DNA of 64,000 nucleotides from an uncultured Haloferula sp. Its GTDB lineage: Bacteria > Verrucomicrobiota > Verrucomicrobiia > Verrucomicrobiales > Akkermansiaceae. The stretch covers positions 160,001 to 224,000 of the forward strand of contig CBFGTS010000005.1 in NCBI GenBank assembly GCA_965652295.1, written 5' to 3'. Below are positions 8,247-18,127 of the stretch, piece by piece. The notes under the pieces are model-generated. The model had not been told where the DNA came from, searched no databases, and was given only the letters and a program-made list of their open reading frames with translations. The first letter of the stretch is position 1. Each line of letters opens with the position of its first letter. A program made the translations under genes and the position numbers.

Positions 8247-10499
8247 ATGCAGATGACCCATTGGAATGCGGGGCGAGCCTTTTCGGCGTGCCTCTTCGCC
8301 GTCACCATGACCACAGCCCACGCGGACACGATCGTCCAGACCGTGGGAAACATCGATTGGAATGCCGCCATGTGGGGCACGCCCGCCGCGGCTCCGACTG
8401 CAGGAAATGACTATGTATCGGCCACGGGAGTTCAGGACGAGCGTTTCCGCATCAGCGCGGACGGCCTGTCTTCAACCTTCGGCGGCGACTCCCTCACCGT
8501 GGTTCCCGGCACCCGGGCGCTGATGAAAAACCAGAGCGGCGCGACCGCGACCATCAACGGTGACTTCATCCTCGACGGGGGGCGGCTTTCCTTCGGTCCC
8601 AATGGCGGCCCCCACACCGGCACGCTCGATGTAGTGAACTTCGTCGTCGGCGGCACCGGTTCCTTCATCGATCCCAGCAGTTCCGTCTCGGCCCTGACCA
8701 TCGATGGCATCCTCACCGGCAGCGGCGACCTCCTGATCACTCCGGAGAACGGCACCAACACGAAGACCGTCACTTTCACGGAGGTCGGGGACTACACCGG
8801 GAACCTGACCGTCAGCTCCACCATTCTGCTCGATTTCAATGTCGATCACGAATTCACCGGCAGCCTGACGCTGGACGGTTCGGCCATCCTCTATGTCGAT
8901 CAGACGCTGACCTTCCAGGCGGGAAATCTCGTGGCTGATGGCATCGTGATCCCGCCCGGCACCTACTCCGGTGCCTCGATCTTCGACCTCGGTCTCAATT
9001 TCGACGACGGCGGCGGAACCTTGATCGTGGAAGGTTCCTTTCCCGATGCCGATAACGACGGACTGCCCGATTTCTACGAGGATCAGATCATCGCTTTTGA
9101 TGACACCGACGATGTCGATGGCTACGAAGATATCGCCGGCCCGAACGACGCGCCCGCCACCACGGATTTCGATGGCGACGGCCGCACGGACACCGAGGAG
9201 TATGCGGACGGCGTCGCGGAAAACCAGACCGACCCGACCGATCCCGACGTTGACGACGACGGGCTCCTTGATGGGTCTGAGTTCGCCGGCACGGACAACA
9301 ATGGGACCCCGACGGGCTTCGGCGCGACGGACCCCTTCGACGCCGACAGCGACGACGACGGCTTCACCGATGGCATTGAGGTTCGCTATGGCTTCAATCC
9401 AAACGACGACACGGCGCTGCCCGGAGATGCCGCACCGATCGTCAATGGAGGCTTCGAAACACCGGCTCTTCCCGTTTTTGGCGAAGGCATCAGCGTCGAT
9501 GACGAATCCGTGCCCGGCTGGGAGACCACGGTGAACGACTTCTACGTCCTCGACTTTTTTGCCGCGACCGACGTCAACAATCCCGACAGTGCCAGCGAGG
9601 GATTCCAATTCGCCACTGCGGTTCGCGGGGCCCCCGAACCGGACGTGGACCCATCAGCCTACGTGGGTGGCGCCGACGCAACCATGGGCATGCGGCAGGA
9701 CGTGGATGTGAGCGCACTCGCCACTCAGATCGACGAGGGAGCCCGGACCTTTCTCCTGGATTTCGATTGGCGGGAAAACGACACCGCCGATATGGGAGTG
9801 GTCACGATCTCCTTCCTGGATGGATCGGGCACCGAGCTCGGCCGCCCATCGGTTTTTGAAACAAGCGGGGGCCTCCAGGCTTGGACTTCCACCCGCCAGG
9901 CAGCGTTCCCGCCGGTCGGCACACGCACCGTCCGTATCACCGCGGAGGCAATCAAAATCGGCACGGGAACTTCGACCGTGCGGAATGTTCACTTCGACGA
10001 CTTCAAGGGTCGGCTGGTGGACTTCGATGCCGACAATGACGAACTTCCCGATCCGTGGGAACTCCTCTACGGCCTTGATCCGGATGATGCCGGCGATGCC
10101 TCCATCAGCTCGGATGGCGACAGCCTCACCAATCTCGAGGAATTCGAGTTTGGCACCGATCCCTCGCTCGCCGATACGGATGGCGATGGTATCAACGACG
10201 ATGTCGAAATCGACAATGAGACCGATCCGCTCGATCCCGCATCGCCGGCCCAGGACGTCGAGGTGGTGGACATCATCACCACCACCAACGCAAGCGGCCA
10301 GGTGACCCAGGTGGAGGTCGTCTTCAGCGGGCTGAACGTCAATACGACGTACAGCCTGATGCGGGGCACCGATCTGATCACTTTCCCGGATGCCGTCGAC
10401 TCAGGGCTCCCCGAATCCGCGACCGATAGTTACTTCGATCTCACCCCGCTGCCGAGTGAGACGAGCGGCAAGGCGTTCTACCGACTGGAAGATCAATAG
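8247..10499 (+). CDS. Acidic exported protein: passenger-like beta region, TSP3-like DxDxDG repeats, beta-sandwich, shared C-terminal domain
   Basis: Signal peptide ...CLFAVTMTTAHA. Repeats DADNDGLPD, DFDGDGRTD, DSDDDGFTD, DTDGDGIND. An IVNGGFE CBM-like module. Ends YSLMRGTDLITF...GKAFYRLEDQ. Confidence 0.85.
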   Translation: MQMTHWNAGRAFSACLFAVTMTTAHADTIVQTVGNIDWNAAMWGTPAAAPTAGNDYVSATGVQDERFRISADGLSSTFGGDSLTVVPGTRALMKNQSGATATINGDFILDGGRLSFGPNGGPHTGTLDVVNFVVGGTGSFIDPSSSVSALTIDGILTGSGDLLITPENGTNTKTVTFTEVGDYTGNLTVSSTILLDFNVDHEFTGSLTLDGSAILYVDQTLTFQAGNLVADGIVIPPGTYSGASIFDLGLNFDDGGGTLIVEGSFPDADNDGLPDFYEDQIIAFDDTDDVDGYEDIAGPNDAPATTDFDGDGRTDTEEYADGVAENQTDPTDPDVDDDGLLDGSEFAGTDNNGTPTGFGATDPFDADSDDDGFTDGIEVRYGFNPNDDTALPGDAAPIVNGGFETPALPVFGEGISVDDESVPGWETTVNDFYVLDFFAATDVNNPDSASEGFQFATAVRGAPEPDVDPSAYVGGADATMGMRQDVDVSALATQIDEGARTFLLDFDWRENDTADMGVVTISFLDGSGTELGRPSVFETSGGLQAWTSTRQAAFPPVGTRTVRITAEAIKIGTGTSTVRNVHFDDFKGRLVDFDADNDELPDPWELLYGLDPDDAGDASISSDGDSLTNLEEFEFGTDPSLADTDGDGINDDVEIDNETDPLDPASPAQDVEVVDIITTTNASGQVTQVEVVFSGLNVNTTYSLMRGTDLITFPDAVDSGLPESATDSYFDLTPLPSETSGKAFYRLEDQ

Positions 10500-10517
10500 G
10501 CTTCACTTGATAAGGAC

Positions 10518-10556
10518 AAAGCCGCCGTCCCTCCCGGGGTCGGCGGCTTTTTTCTT
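10518..10556 (+). terminator. Intrinsic terminator
   Basis: AAAGCCGCCG-loop-CGGCGGCTTTTTTCTT starting 18 nt after the stop, between convergent genes. Confidence 0.8.
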
Positions 10557-10684
10557 CGAGAAGGGGTGGGACCGGGAAGAGGGAAGGGGACGGCACCATG
10601 TCCGCGCGGAGGCACAACCCGAACCTCCGCGCGGAGCCAGGATCCGGTGGGAAGCCACCGGAAAAAGAGGGGCCTCATGGATCT

Positions 10685-11488
10685 TCAGCGCCGCCGCCGA
10701 CGCGCTACGGCACCCAGTAGCAGCGGCAGTCCGAGCACCGGCACGGTCGGCTCCGGCACGCCGAGCGCGGCTCCCACGATGTTGTCGAGAAGCTGAACGC
10801 CGTTCGAAGTGAAGTTGCTGAAGTCCTCGGGCAAAGCGTAGAAATAGCGGGCATCCCCGAGGGTATTCCCGCTGCCCGTGGTACCGCCTGCCTCCCAGCT
10901 CGCCACGATCACGTTCTGGAAATTGATGTTGTTCCGCACGGCAATGGTCATGCCATCACCCATCACCGTGCCACCGTCCGGGATGTCCGAACTGGAGGAA
11001 AATGAATACTTCTCAAGTCCTGAGATGGCGGGATCGGCGATCGTGTTTCCAATAAGTCCGGAGAACAATGGGTGGACGGTGGCCGTTCCCGGAGGTGCCG
11101 AAAGGTCGTTCCCGTAGTCCACTTGGATGAGATCCGTATTCACATAGCTCCAGCGATTGTTGCGGGCGATGTAGGCGTTTCCGAGCACCACCGGTGTGGT
11201 CAGGGAATCCCACGCGGCGACTTCCAGAGTGCCATCCGCGTAGTTTCCGCTGTTCGTGTTGCGTGTCACGATGACGAGGTCCGCCGCGTTGAGCGTGGCG
11301 ACGTCGGCCGGATTCGATTCGATGGTGGCGTAGCCACCGGTCGCCACCGTGTGGCCGAGCGACTGCAGGTGGGAAACCAGGTCGCCGTCTCGCACGGCAT
11401 CGCCAGTGACCACCACGACGGAGGCGGCGGGAGCCGCGCCGGCGAGGCAGAGAGCGATGAGGAAGAAGGGGGTGGATGGGTTGATCAT
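10685..11488 (-). CDS. PEP-CTERM sorting-domain surface protein
   Basis: Signal peptide ...FFLIALCLAGAAPA; C-terminus VPEPTVPVLGLPLLLGAVARRRRR. Confidence 0.9.
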   Translation of the reverse strand: MINPSTPFFLIALCLAGAAPAASVVVVTGDAVRDGDLVSHLQSLGHTVATGGYATIESNPADVATLNAADLVIVTRNTNSGNYADGTLEVAAWDSLTTPVVLGNAYIARNNRWSYVNTDLIQVDYGNDLSAPPGTATVHPLFSGLIGNTIADPAISGLEKYSFSSSSDIPDGGTVMGDGMTIAVRNNINFQNVIVASWEAGGTTGSGNTLGDARYFYALPEDFSNFTSNGVQLLDNIVGAALGVPEPTVPVLGLPLLLGAVARRRRR

Positions 11489-11559
11489 GGGAATGGGTAG
11501 AGGTTGGGGTTGGGGTTGGCCGGGGTTTTCGCAAAAGTGAACCCCCTATCCCGTGTACT

Positions 11560-11586
11560 CGCGTCTTCCCGCCGCAAAACCCGACA
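11560..11586 (-). promoter_or_regulatory. Candidate ECF43-type promoter
   Basis: Minus strand TGTCGG-N17-CGCG upstream of the 11488 start. Confidence 0.45.
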
Positions 11587-11729
11587 GGGATTTTCATCAA
11601 CCCTCCGCGGCTCACCATGACGCCACGGCACAAGCAAGCCGGCCGCCCGGGGGTAACCCAAGAACCCCGAGCGACCGGCAACCCCGAAAAACCTTCGCGA
11701 TGGCCAAGGCGGACGTCATCAGCCCTGGC

Positions 11730-13151
11730 TCATAGTTGGTAAAACTGCTCCCACCCTTCCCGCGGCGGCACGCCCTTGAGGAGTTCGTTGGCGATCTTGT
11801 GATTCGTGATGCGCCGGGAGGCAGGATCGAACTCGAGCTTGGCGTTCACCCGCTGGGCGATGATGCCGAGTGCCATGGCCTGGCACAGCGGTCCGGCGAC
11901 CGCGAAGTTGGATCGGCACTTCTCTTCTCCCATCGCGGACTTCAGGAAATTCGCAGCGTGGTTGGACGGACTCGGGGGCACCTCGGGCAATTCGGACCGG
12001 ACGTCCTCCGCCCTTTCTCCACCGATGATCTCCAGCGTGGACGCGTGGGAGCCGCCCTTGAAGACCAACTCGTCGCCATAAATCACCTTGCCCGGTGCGT
12101 GGACCTTGGTGTCGATGCTGCCGGCCGAGGGCGGCGGAATGTTGGGGTCCACAACGGCTTTGCCGAAATTCCCGGGAAGGGGCGGAAGATTGCGCTGACC
12201 ATCGTACCAAGTCAGTTCCACCGGCGGCAGCGATCCCCGCTTGGGGAAACGGAAGGCCAGCGTGGAGGCCTGCGGGAAAATCAACGGACTGTAACCCTCC
12301 AGCGTGGGCTCGATCTCGGTCGGCAGGCCGAGCTCAAGAAACTCATGGGCGGTGTCGAAAATGTGCGCTCCCCAGTCACCCAGCGCTCCGTTCCCGAAGT
12401 CATACCAAGAACGCCACTCACCATTCATATACCCCTTGTTGTAGGCGTGGTCGCGCGCCGTCGAGAGCCAGCCATCCCAATCAAGGATCTCCGGCACCGG
12501 CTGTCCGGGAAAGTAATCATCCACCTTCATCCCATGCCAGCGGCGGGGATTGTTCATGAAGGCGGTGATGCGGTCCACGTTGCGGATGATTCCTTCGTCC
12601 ACCCATGTCTTGAACTGGAAGTAGTTGGCCTCGGAGTGCCCTTGATTGCCCATCTGACAGGCCACGCCGTATTTCTTCTCCCCCGCCATCATCAGCTCGA
12701 TCTGCAGGTAGCTGTGTGCCATGGGTTTCTCGACGTAGAGGTGCTTGCCAAGCGACATCGCCAACATCGACACGGGGAAGTGCGAGAAATCGGGCGTGGC
12801 CACGCAGACGGCATCGATCTTGTCCTCCATGGCATCGAACATCTTCCGGAAGTCCTGGAAGCGCGGCACGCCGGGGAACATCTTCAGGATGTGCTCGGTG
12901 TGCGGGGCTCCCATTTCCGTGTCGCACAGGGCCGTGATCTCGGCCAGGCCGGTCCGGTGGAGATCCTGAATGACATCCCGGCCCCGGTTGCCGATGCCCA
13001 CGCAGGCGAGACGGACTTTCTGCCGGCCGGGCGCGGCCAGCAGGATGTTCGGAAAACAAGCGCTCGCCGCCCCCGCGGAGAGGGCGCCTTTCAGAAACGA
13101 GCGGCGTTGGATGACCGCGGGCTTTGGAGTCATGGGAACGTGGGAATTCAT
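11730..13151 (-). CDS. Tat-exported Gfo/Idh/MocA oxidoreductase
   Basis: Twin-arginine QRRSFLKG; LACVGIGNRG; VATPDFSH; HLYVEKP; QMGNQG; GALGDWGAHIFD. Confidence 0.92.
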   Translation of the reverse strand: MNSHVPMTPKPAVIQRRSFLKGALSAGAASACFPNILLAAPGRQKVRLACVGIGNRGRDVIQDLHRTGLAEITALCDTEMGAPHTEHILKMFPGVPRFQDFRKMFDAMEDKIDAVCVATPDFSHFPVSMLAMSLGKHLYVEKPMAHSYLQIELMMAGEKKYGVACQMGNQGHSEANYFQFKTWVDEGIIRNVDRITAFMNNPRRWHGMKVDDYFPGQPVPEILDWDGWLSTARDHAYNKGYMNGEWRSWYDFGNGALGDWGAHIFDTAHEFLELGLPTEIEPTLEGYSPLIFPQASTLAFRFPKRGSLPPVELTWYDGQRNLPPLPGNFGKAVVDPNIPPPSAGSIDTKVHAPGKVIYGDELVFKGGSHASTLEIIGGERAEDVRSELPEVPPSPSNHAANFLKSAMGEEKCRSNFAVAGPLCQAMALGIIAQRVNAKLEFDPASRRITNHKIANELLKGVPPREGWEQFYQL

Positions 13152-13186
13152 GGGTTCAGTAAAAAATCGCAGCGGAGGCATCAGGC

Positions 13187-13954
13187 TCAAGGGACCCGGA
13201 TCTTGATGTTGCGGAACGAGACGAGGTTCCCGTGGTCTTGCAAGAGGATGTGGCCATCCTTCCATTCGCCGAACTCGGGGATGTCCTTGTATTTGCTCCG
13301 GGCCACGAGGTCCCGGAAACCGGCGGAGCCCCGATCATATTCGAGAACCTTCTCGCCATTCAGCCAGTGCTCGATGCGGTCTGAAGTCGCCACGATGCGC
13401 GCGGTGTTCCACTCACCGATCGGATTCACCTTCTTCCCATCCTTGGCGGTCTTCAGGTCATAGAGCGACCCGATCGTGCGGTTCCCGTCACGCCCCATCT
13501 TGGCGTCCGGGTGGCGGACATCGTCGAGAATCTGGAACTCCAGCCCGATGGCGGACCCGACCGCGGTGGGGCGTCCGGTGTGGCGGTCGATCGGCTTCAG
13601 ATTGGGCTGCACGAAGTACTTGATCCCGCTGTTCGCTCCTGCGGTGATCTTGAAATCGACCATCAACTCGAACGCCTCGAAGCGCTCCTTCGAGATGATG
13701 TCACCGCCGCCGGTCGACTCTCCTCCGTCGGTTGGTAGCACGGAAAGCACGCCATCCTCGATCTTCCAACCGCTTGTCGGAAAGAATTCGGACTTCGGCG
13801 AGCGCCATCCGTCCGAGGTTTTTCCATCCCACAGCAAGCGCCAACCGTCTTGCTTTTCCGTCGCGGTCAGGGTGTTGGGAGGGGCGGGATCGGCCGCCAA
13901 TGCGGACAACAGGCTACCGAACAGGCCGAGGTGGAGCATCAGGAGGGCTTTCAT
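13187..13954 (-). CDS. DUF1080 (3-keto-glycoside hydrolase family) exported protein
   Basis: Signal peptide; GWRLLWDGKT, ANSGIKY, EFQILDD, GEWN and GHILLQDHG...FRNIKIR. Confidence 0.92.
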   Translation of the reverse strand: MKALLMLHLGLFGSLLSALAADPAPPNTLTATEKQDGWRLLWDGKTSDGWRSPKSEFFPTSGWKIEDGVLSVLPTDGGESTGGGDIISKERFEAFELMVDFKITAGANSGIKYFVQPNLKPIDRHTGRPTAVGSAIGLEFQILDDVRHPDAKMGRDGNRTIGSLYDLKTAKDGKKVNPIGEWNTARIVATSDRIEHWLNGEKVLEYDRGSAGFRDLVARSKYKDIPEFGEWKDGHILLQDHGNLVSFRNIKIRVP

Positions 13955-14205
13955 GAATCAGGCGACAATGGATCTTTCGTAAGTTCGGGAGGGAGCCGGT
14001 AACCGGGACGTCCGGTGAAAAGCGTCACCCTCCTAAAAGGTATTCGACTTCGGGACCTGTTTCCCGACAGCGAATTTCATGATGTCGCGGAAATCCTGTT
14101 CCCGATGACGGTCGCGTTCGCTGGACAAGAATCGCCTTCACGGTTCTCCACCCCGATGATACAGGCTCCTACTGGCGATGATGTCCGCCCCGGTGCAAAC
14201 CCACC

Positions 14206-14799
14206 TTGCCGGAACCCCTCCCCCAACCCTTGGACGAGCTTACGAAAATCCTTAAAACCTCCAGCGGGACCGGCAGTCTCGCCTCGGAGGAGCTGTTGCC
14301 GTTGGTTTACGACGAGCTCCGGAACTTCGCCAAACGGCTCATGTCGAAGGGCGCGCTTCAAGGCACCCTGCAAGCAACCGCCCTGGTCCACGAGGCCTGG
14401 ATCAAGCTTTCGAATCATGAGGGCCGGATCTGGTGCGACCGGACCCAGTTTTTCCGCACGGCGGCACAAGCCATGCGCCATATTCTGGTGGACCGCGCAC
14501 GAGCCAAGATGAGTCTCAAACGTGGATCGAACCCGGAACGGATCTCCTTCCAGGCGGAAGGGCTCGATATCGCGGAAACCTCACCCGACGAACGAGTGCT
14601 GATGGTCGACGAAATGCTGCATCGTTTGGAAGTCGAGGATCCGGAGAGCGCGCGGGTGATTTCCCTCAAGTTCTTCGGTGGCCTGACGAACAAGGAGCTG
14701 GCGGCAATCGACGGAGTGACGGAGCGAACCGTGGAACGGCAGTGGGCGTTTGCGAAATCCCGGCTCTACCGCTTCATCCGTGAGGAAACCGGAAGGTGA
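14206..14799 (+). CDS. ECF sigma factor, TIGR02999/ECF43-like (kinase-associated)
   Basis: LLPLVYDELR, TLQATALVHEAWIKL, AAQAMRHILVDRAR and LKFFGGLT...TERTVERQW. The TTG start is uncertain (14206 or 14230). Confidence 0.92.
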   Translation: MPEPLPQPLDELTKILKTSSGTGSLASEELLPLVYDELRNFAKRLMSKGALQGTLQATALVHEAWIKLSNHEGRIWCDRTQFFRTAAQAMRHILVDRARAKMSLKRGSNPERISFQAEGLDIAETSPDERVLMVDEMLHRLEVEDPESARVISLKFFGGLTNKELAAIDGVTERTVERQWAFAKSRLYRFIREETGR

Positions 14800-17000
14800 T
14801 GAGCGGGTCCATCGACAGGCTGCTTTTCGCCGCTGCCTGCGGCCTGGGTGATAGGGAGGAACGAGAGTCGTTCCTCGACCACGTCTGCCGCGACGATCCC
14901 GAGCTTCGGAAGCTGCTGGACGAAATGTTGACGGTGCATGTCGAAGCGGAGGAGTTCTTCACGTTTCCTCCGCCGCGGATTCCGGAGCCGCCGGAGCAGG
15001 CCCTGTCCGGGCGGAAGGAGGAGGAGCTGGGAACAAGGATCGGCCGCTACCGCTTGATCGAAAGAATCGGCGAAGGCGGTTGCGGCGTGGTCTATCTGGC
15101 CGAGCAACTAGAGCCGGTGTGGCGGAAGGTCGCCTTGAAGATCATCCGCGTGGGCATGGATACGGAGAGCGTCATCGCGCGCTTCGAAATCGAGCGGCAG
15201 GCATTGGCCCTCATGGACCACCCGAACATCGCGCGGGTGCTCGATGCTGGGGCCACCGCTACGGGGAGACCTTATTTCGTGATGGAGTTGGCGGAGGGCG
15301 AGAAAATCACGGATTTCTGCGATCGCAGGAGCTTCGGAGTGCCCCAGCGACTCGCTCTTTTCATCCAGGTCTGCGAAGCGATCCAGCACGCCCACCAGAA
15401 AGGCGTGGTCCATCGCGACATCAAACCTTCGAACGTCCTTGTCCGCGAGCATGAGGGCCGGCTGGTGCCGAAGGTCATCGATTTTGGGATCGCCAAGGTC
15501 ACCGCGGGCGAGCTGCTGCCGGAAGGCACCGCGACGCGGACCGGCCAATTGATCGGCACGCCCGCCTACATGAGCCCCGAGCAGGCGGAAGGAGATGAGG
15601 ACATCGACACCCGCAGTGACATTTACAGCTTGGGCGCCCTGCTGTTCGAACTGCTTGCGGGGTCTCCCCCCGTAGTTCTGGAAGGGCTTGCCATGGCCGG
15701 GGAGAAAGGAATCCGCGATGCCTTGCGGGAAGGCCCGAAGGAAACCCCATCCGCACGGTTGCTCAAGGTTGCTACCGAGAGCGCAGCCTTGATCGCAGCG
15801 CTCCGGGGAGTCGAGCCAGACCACCTTTCCGGGATTCTCGCGCGGGACCTCGACTGGATCGTGATGAAGGCGATCGAGCGAGATCGTCAACGGCGTTATG
15901 AGACGGCGAATGGGCTGGCTCTTGATGTTGCTCGATATTTGAAAGGGCAGCCGGTGGTCGCGCGACCGCCGAGCCGGTGGTATCTGATCACCAAGCTGGT
16001 GGGGCGCAACCGCGTCACCTTCGCTGCCGCCGGGATCGCGCTCTTCGGCTTGGTGGGAGGCTTCGGCGTTTCCACCTGGCTGTTTTTCAGCGAACGCAGC
16101 GCCCGGCATGAGCAGGCGAGGCTGCGGATGCTGGCGGAAAAAGCGACCGCCAACGAGGTCCGCCTCAGGGACAACGCGCGGGTGGCGGATCAGGTCAGGC
16201 AGGCTGCCGTCCTTCTGAAATACAACGACACCGAGGCCGCCGATCAGCTCCTCGACGGCCTCCAGCCGGAACGGATCCCGCGCTCGCTCGAAGCCTCCTC
16301 CACTTACATGCACGTCGCCAACTGGCACCTTTCGCAAGAGCGCTGGCAAATGGCGGCGAAGCGCTTCCATGCCTTGGGCCATGTCGTCACCAGCGTCGAC
16401 ATGACCGATTCCCAGGACATTTCCTTCCGTTTGCTGCCCGTTCTGACGGCGGTGAGCCTGTGGGGTGAGCCCGGCCATTACAGAAAGATCCGCGACCTGG
16501 CGATCGACCGCTTTGTTGACTCGGCGAACCCGATCGTGGCCGAACATGTGGTCAAAGCCGCTCTCCTTGAGCCTCCCGACTCCGCTACCTTGGAGGAACT
16601 CACGCCTTTGATCGCCGTCCTTGAGAATTCCCTGGAAATCCCCCAGACCGACAAGGGGCCTCACATGGTGGCTTGGCGCAAGTTCTCCCTCGCCCTGATG
16701 GCCTATCGGCGCGGCCGCTTCGAAGAGGCCGCAGCGAGGGCCCGTGAAAGCCGGGCATTGGCTTCCAACAGCGCTCCCAGGACCGTTTCCAACGAACTCC
16801 TCCTCGCCATGATCGACCTCAGGCAGGGCAAGGTGGACTCCGGTCGCGAAAGCTTGGCAGCCTTGAGGAAAGAAGTGGATGGTTGGTTGGCGGAGCCTTT
16901 TCAGATCACGAACCCGGACGGCACCCTCTGGTACAACCAGTATGCAACTTTGATTTTGCTGCTGGAGGCCGAGCAATTGGCCGGGGAAATCCTCCATTAG
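14796..17000 (+). CDS. Hanks-type Ser/Thr protein kinase with TM helix and TPR-like C-terminus
   Basis: Start overlaps or abuts the sigma stop. IGEGGCG, VALK, HRDIKPSN, DFG and GTPAYMSPE; TM VTFAAAGIALFGLVGGFGVSTWLFF. Confidence 0.93.
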   Translation: MMSGSIDRLLFAAACGLGDREERESFLDHVCRDDPELRKLLDEMLTVHVEAEEFFTFPPPRIPEPPEQALSGRKEEELGTRIGRYRLIERIGEGGCGVVYLAEQLEPVWRKVALKIIRVGMDTESVIARFEIERQALALMDHPNIARVLDAGATATGRPYFVMELAEGEKITDFCDRRSFGVPQRLALFIQVCEAIQHAHQKGVVHRDIKPSNVLVREHEGRLVPKVIDFGIAKVTAGELLPEGTATRTGQLIGTPAYMSPEQAEGDEDIDTRSDIYSLGALLFELLAGSPPVVLEGLAMAGEKGIRDALREGPKETPSARLLKVATESAALIAALRGVEPDHLSGILARDLDWIVMKAIERDRQRRYETANGLALDVARYLKGQPVVARPPSRWYLITKLVGRNRVTFAAAGIALFGLVGGFGVSTWLFFSERSARHEQARLRMLAEKATANEVRLRDNARVADQVRQAAVLLKYNDTEAADQLLDGLQPERIPRSLEASSTYMHVANWHLSQERWQMAAKRFHALGHVVTSVDMTDSQDISFRLLPVLTAVSLWGEPGHYRKIRDLAIDRFVDSANPIVAEHVVKAALLEPPDSATLEELTPLIAVLENSLEIPQTDKGPHMVAWRKFSLALMAYRRGRFEEAAARARESRALASNSAPRTVSNELLLAMIDLRQGKVDSGRESLAALRKEVDGWLAEPFQITNPDGTLWYNQYATLILLLEAEQLAGEILH

Positions 17001-17089
17001 CGCCGGTGCCGGAGGGGCTTGCCCTGGGATGACCGAGGCGTGCCGTGGTGCGGGCGGCTGACGGGAACATCATCGCCCGGAAAAAAGCG

Positions 17090-17116
17090 TGTCGGGTCCG
17101 GGAGACAGAATCCGTC
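17090..17116 (+). promoter_or_regulatory. Candidate ECF43-type promoter
   Basis: TGTCGG-N17-CGTC after kinase 2 and upstream of the 17180 start. Confidence 0.55.
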
Positions 17117-17179
17117 TTCCCATTTGAGGGCCGCTCTCCGCCCTGTGGAAATCACCAACCCCAGCAAAAACCCGACACT

Positions 17180-18016
17180 ATGAAATTGCGAAACCTTCTC
17201 ATCGCTTCAGGCCTCCTGAACCTCACGCTATCGAGCCACGGTGCCCTGATCGCCCACTACACCTTGGACGAAGGCGCGGGGGCGACCACCGCCGCCAATG
17301 AAGTCGGCGGTTCGACGGCCGGAGCGGTGGGCTCCCTCGTCACCACCGGCGTCACCGGTGTTTCCGGAAATGCCTACAGTTTCACAGGTGCCGCCGCGCA
17401 GGACAACATCGTCGACATGGGCAATGCCTCGTTCCTCCCCTCCATCGCGACGAGCGGGCAGTATACGTTTTCGGCCTGGGTCAATTCGTCCGAAGTTGTT
17501 GGTGGTCGCAATGTGGTGGTGTTTGCCGGCGACAGCGGCGACAGCAACAGCTACATCGACCTCGGAACGGCGATCGATGACCTGACTCCTCCCGGCCAGG
17601 CCTACATGCGCCATCGCGTCGATACGAACGGTGCCGGTGCGTCCAGTTTCTTTGGCGGTACCGATGGAGTTGTGGTCGATGGCACCTGGCATCATATCGC
17701 CATGACGGCGGACACCGGAACGCTGACGATCAATCTCTATGTTGATGGGGTTTTCAGAAGCACCGGAGCCATCGTCCCGGGTTCGTCCGGAAACTTCCCG
17801 CTCCTCAACAATTTTGAAATCGGCCGTCTCGGCCGCTCGGCACCGACGGATGGCTACCAAGGCCTGGTCGACGATGTGCAAGTGTATGACCACGCTCTTT
17901 CAGCCGGCGAAATCGCGTTCATTTTCGCCAACCCCGGCCAGGCCGTGCCGGAGCCTGGCTCTCTCGCCCTCGTCGGCCTCGGGGCACTGACGCTGATTCG
18001 CCGCAAGCGTGCTTGA
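17180..18016 (+). CDS. LamG-domain PEP-CTERM protein
   Basis: MKLRNLLIASGLL signal; LIAHYTLDE...WHHIAMT...LYVDG...GLVDDVQVYDHALS; VPEPGSLALVGLGALTLIRRKRA. Confidence 0.92.
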   Translation: MKLRNLLIASGLLNLTLSSHGALIAHYTLDEGAGATTAANEVGGSTAGAVGSLVTTGVTGVSGNAYSFTGAAAQDNIVDMGNASFLPSIATSGQYTFSAWVNSSEVVGGRNVVVFAGDSGDSNSYIDLGTAIDDLTPPGQAYMRHRVDTNGAGASSFFGGTDGVVVDGTWHHIAMTADTGTLTINLYVDGVFRSTGAIVPGSSGNFPLLNNFEIGRLGRSAPTDGYQGLVDDVQVYDHALSAGEIAFIFANPGQAVPEPGSLALVGLGALTLIRRKRA

Positions 18017-18048
18017 TCAAGCGGCCCGACACACGACGCCTCTCCAAC

Positions 18049-18078
18049 GCATCCCCGGACCCAGCCGTCCGGGGATGC
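18049..18078 (+). repeat. Perfect 12-bp inverted repeat (intercistronic hairpin without U-tract)
   Basis: GCATCCCCGGAC-CCAGCC-GTCCGGGGATGC. Confidence 0.85.
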
Positions 18079-18127
18079 CTGTGAGCGCGGGCAATCCCGG
18101 CAAGATCTCACATTCGAACCCCAATCC

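Noticed and set aside
11489..11530. G-rich GGTTGGGGTTGGGG tract (possible G-quadruplex or repeat)
   Set aside because: It is the complement of the C/A-rich leader of the minus-strand PEP-CTERM gene.
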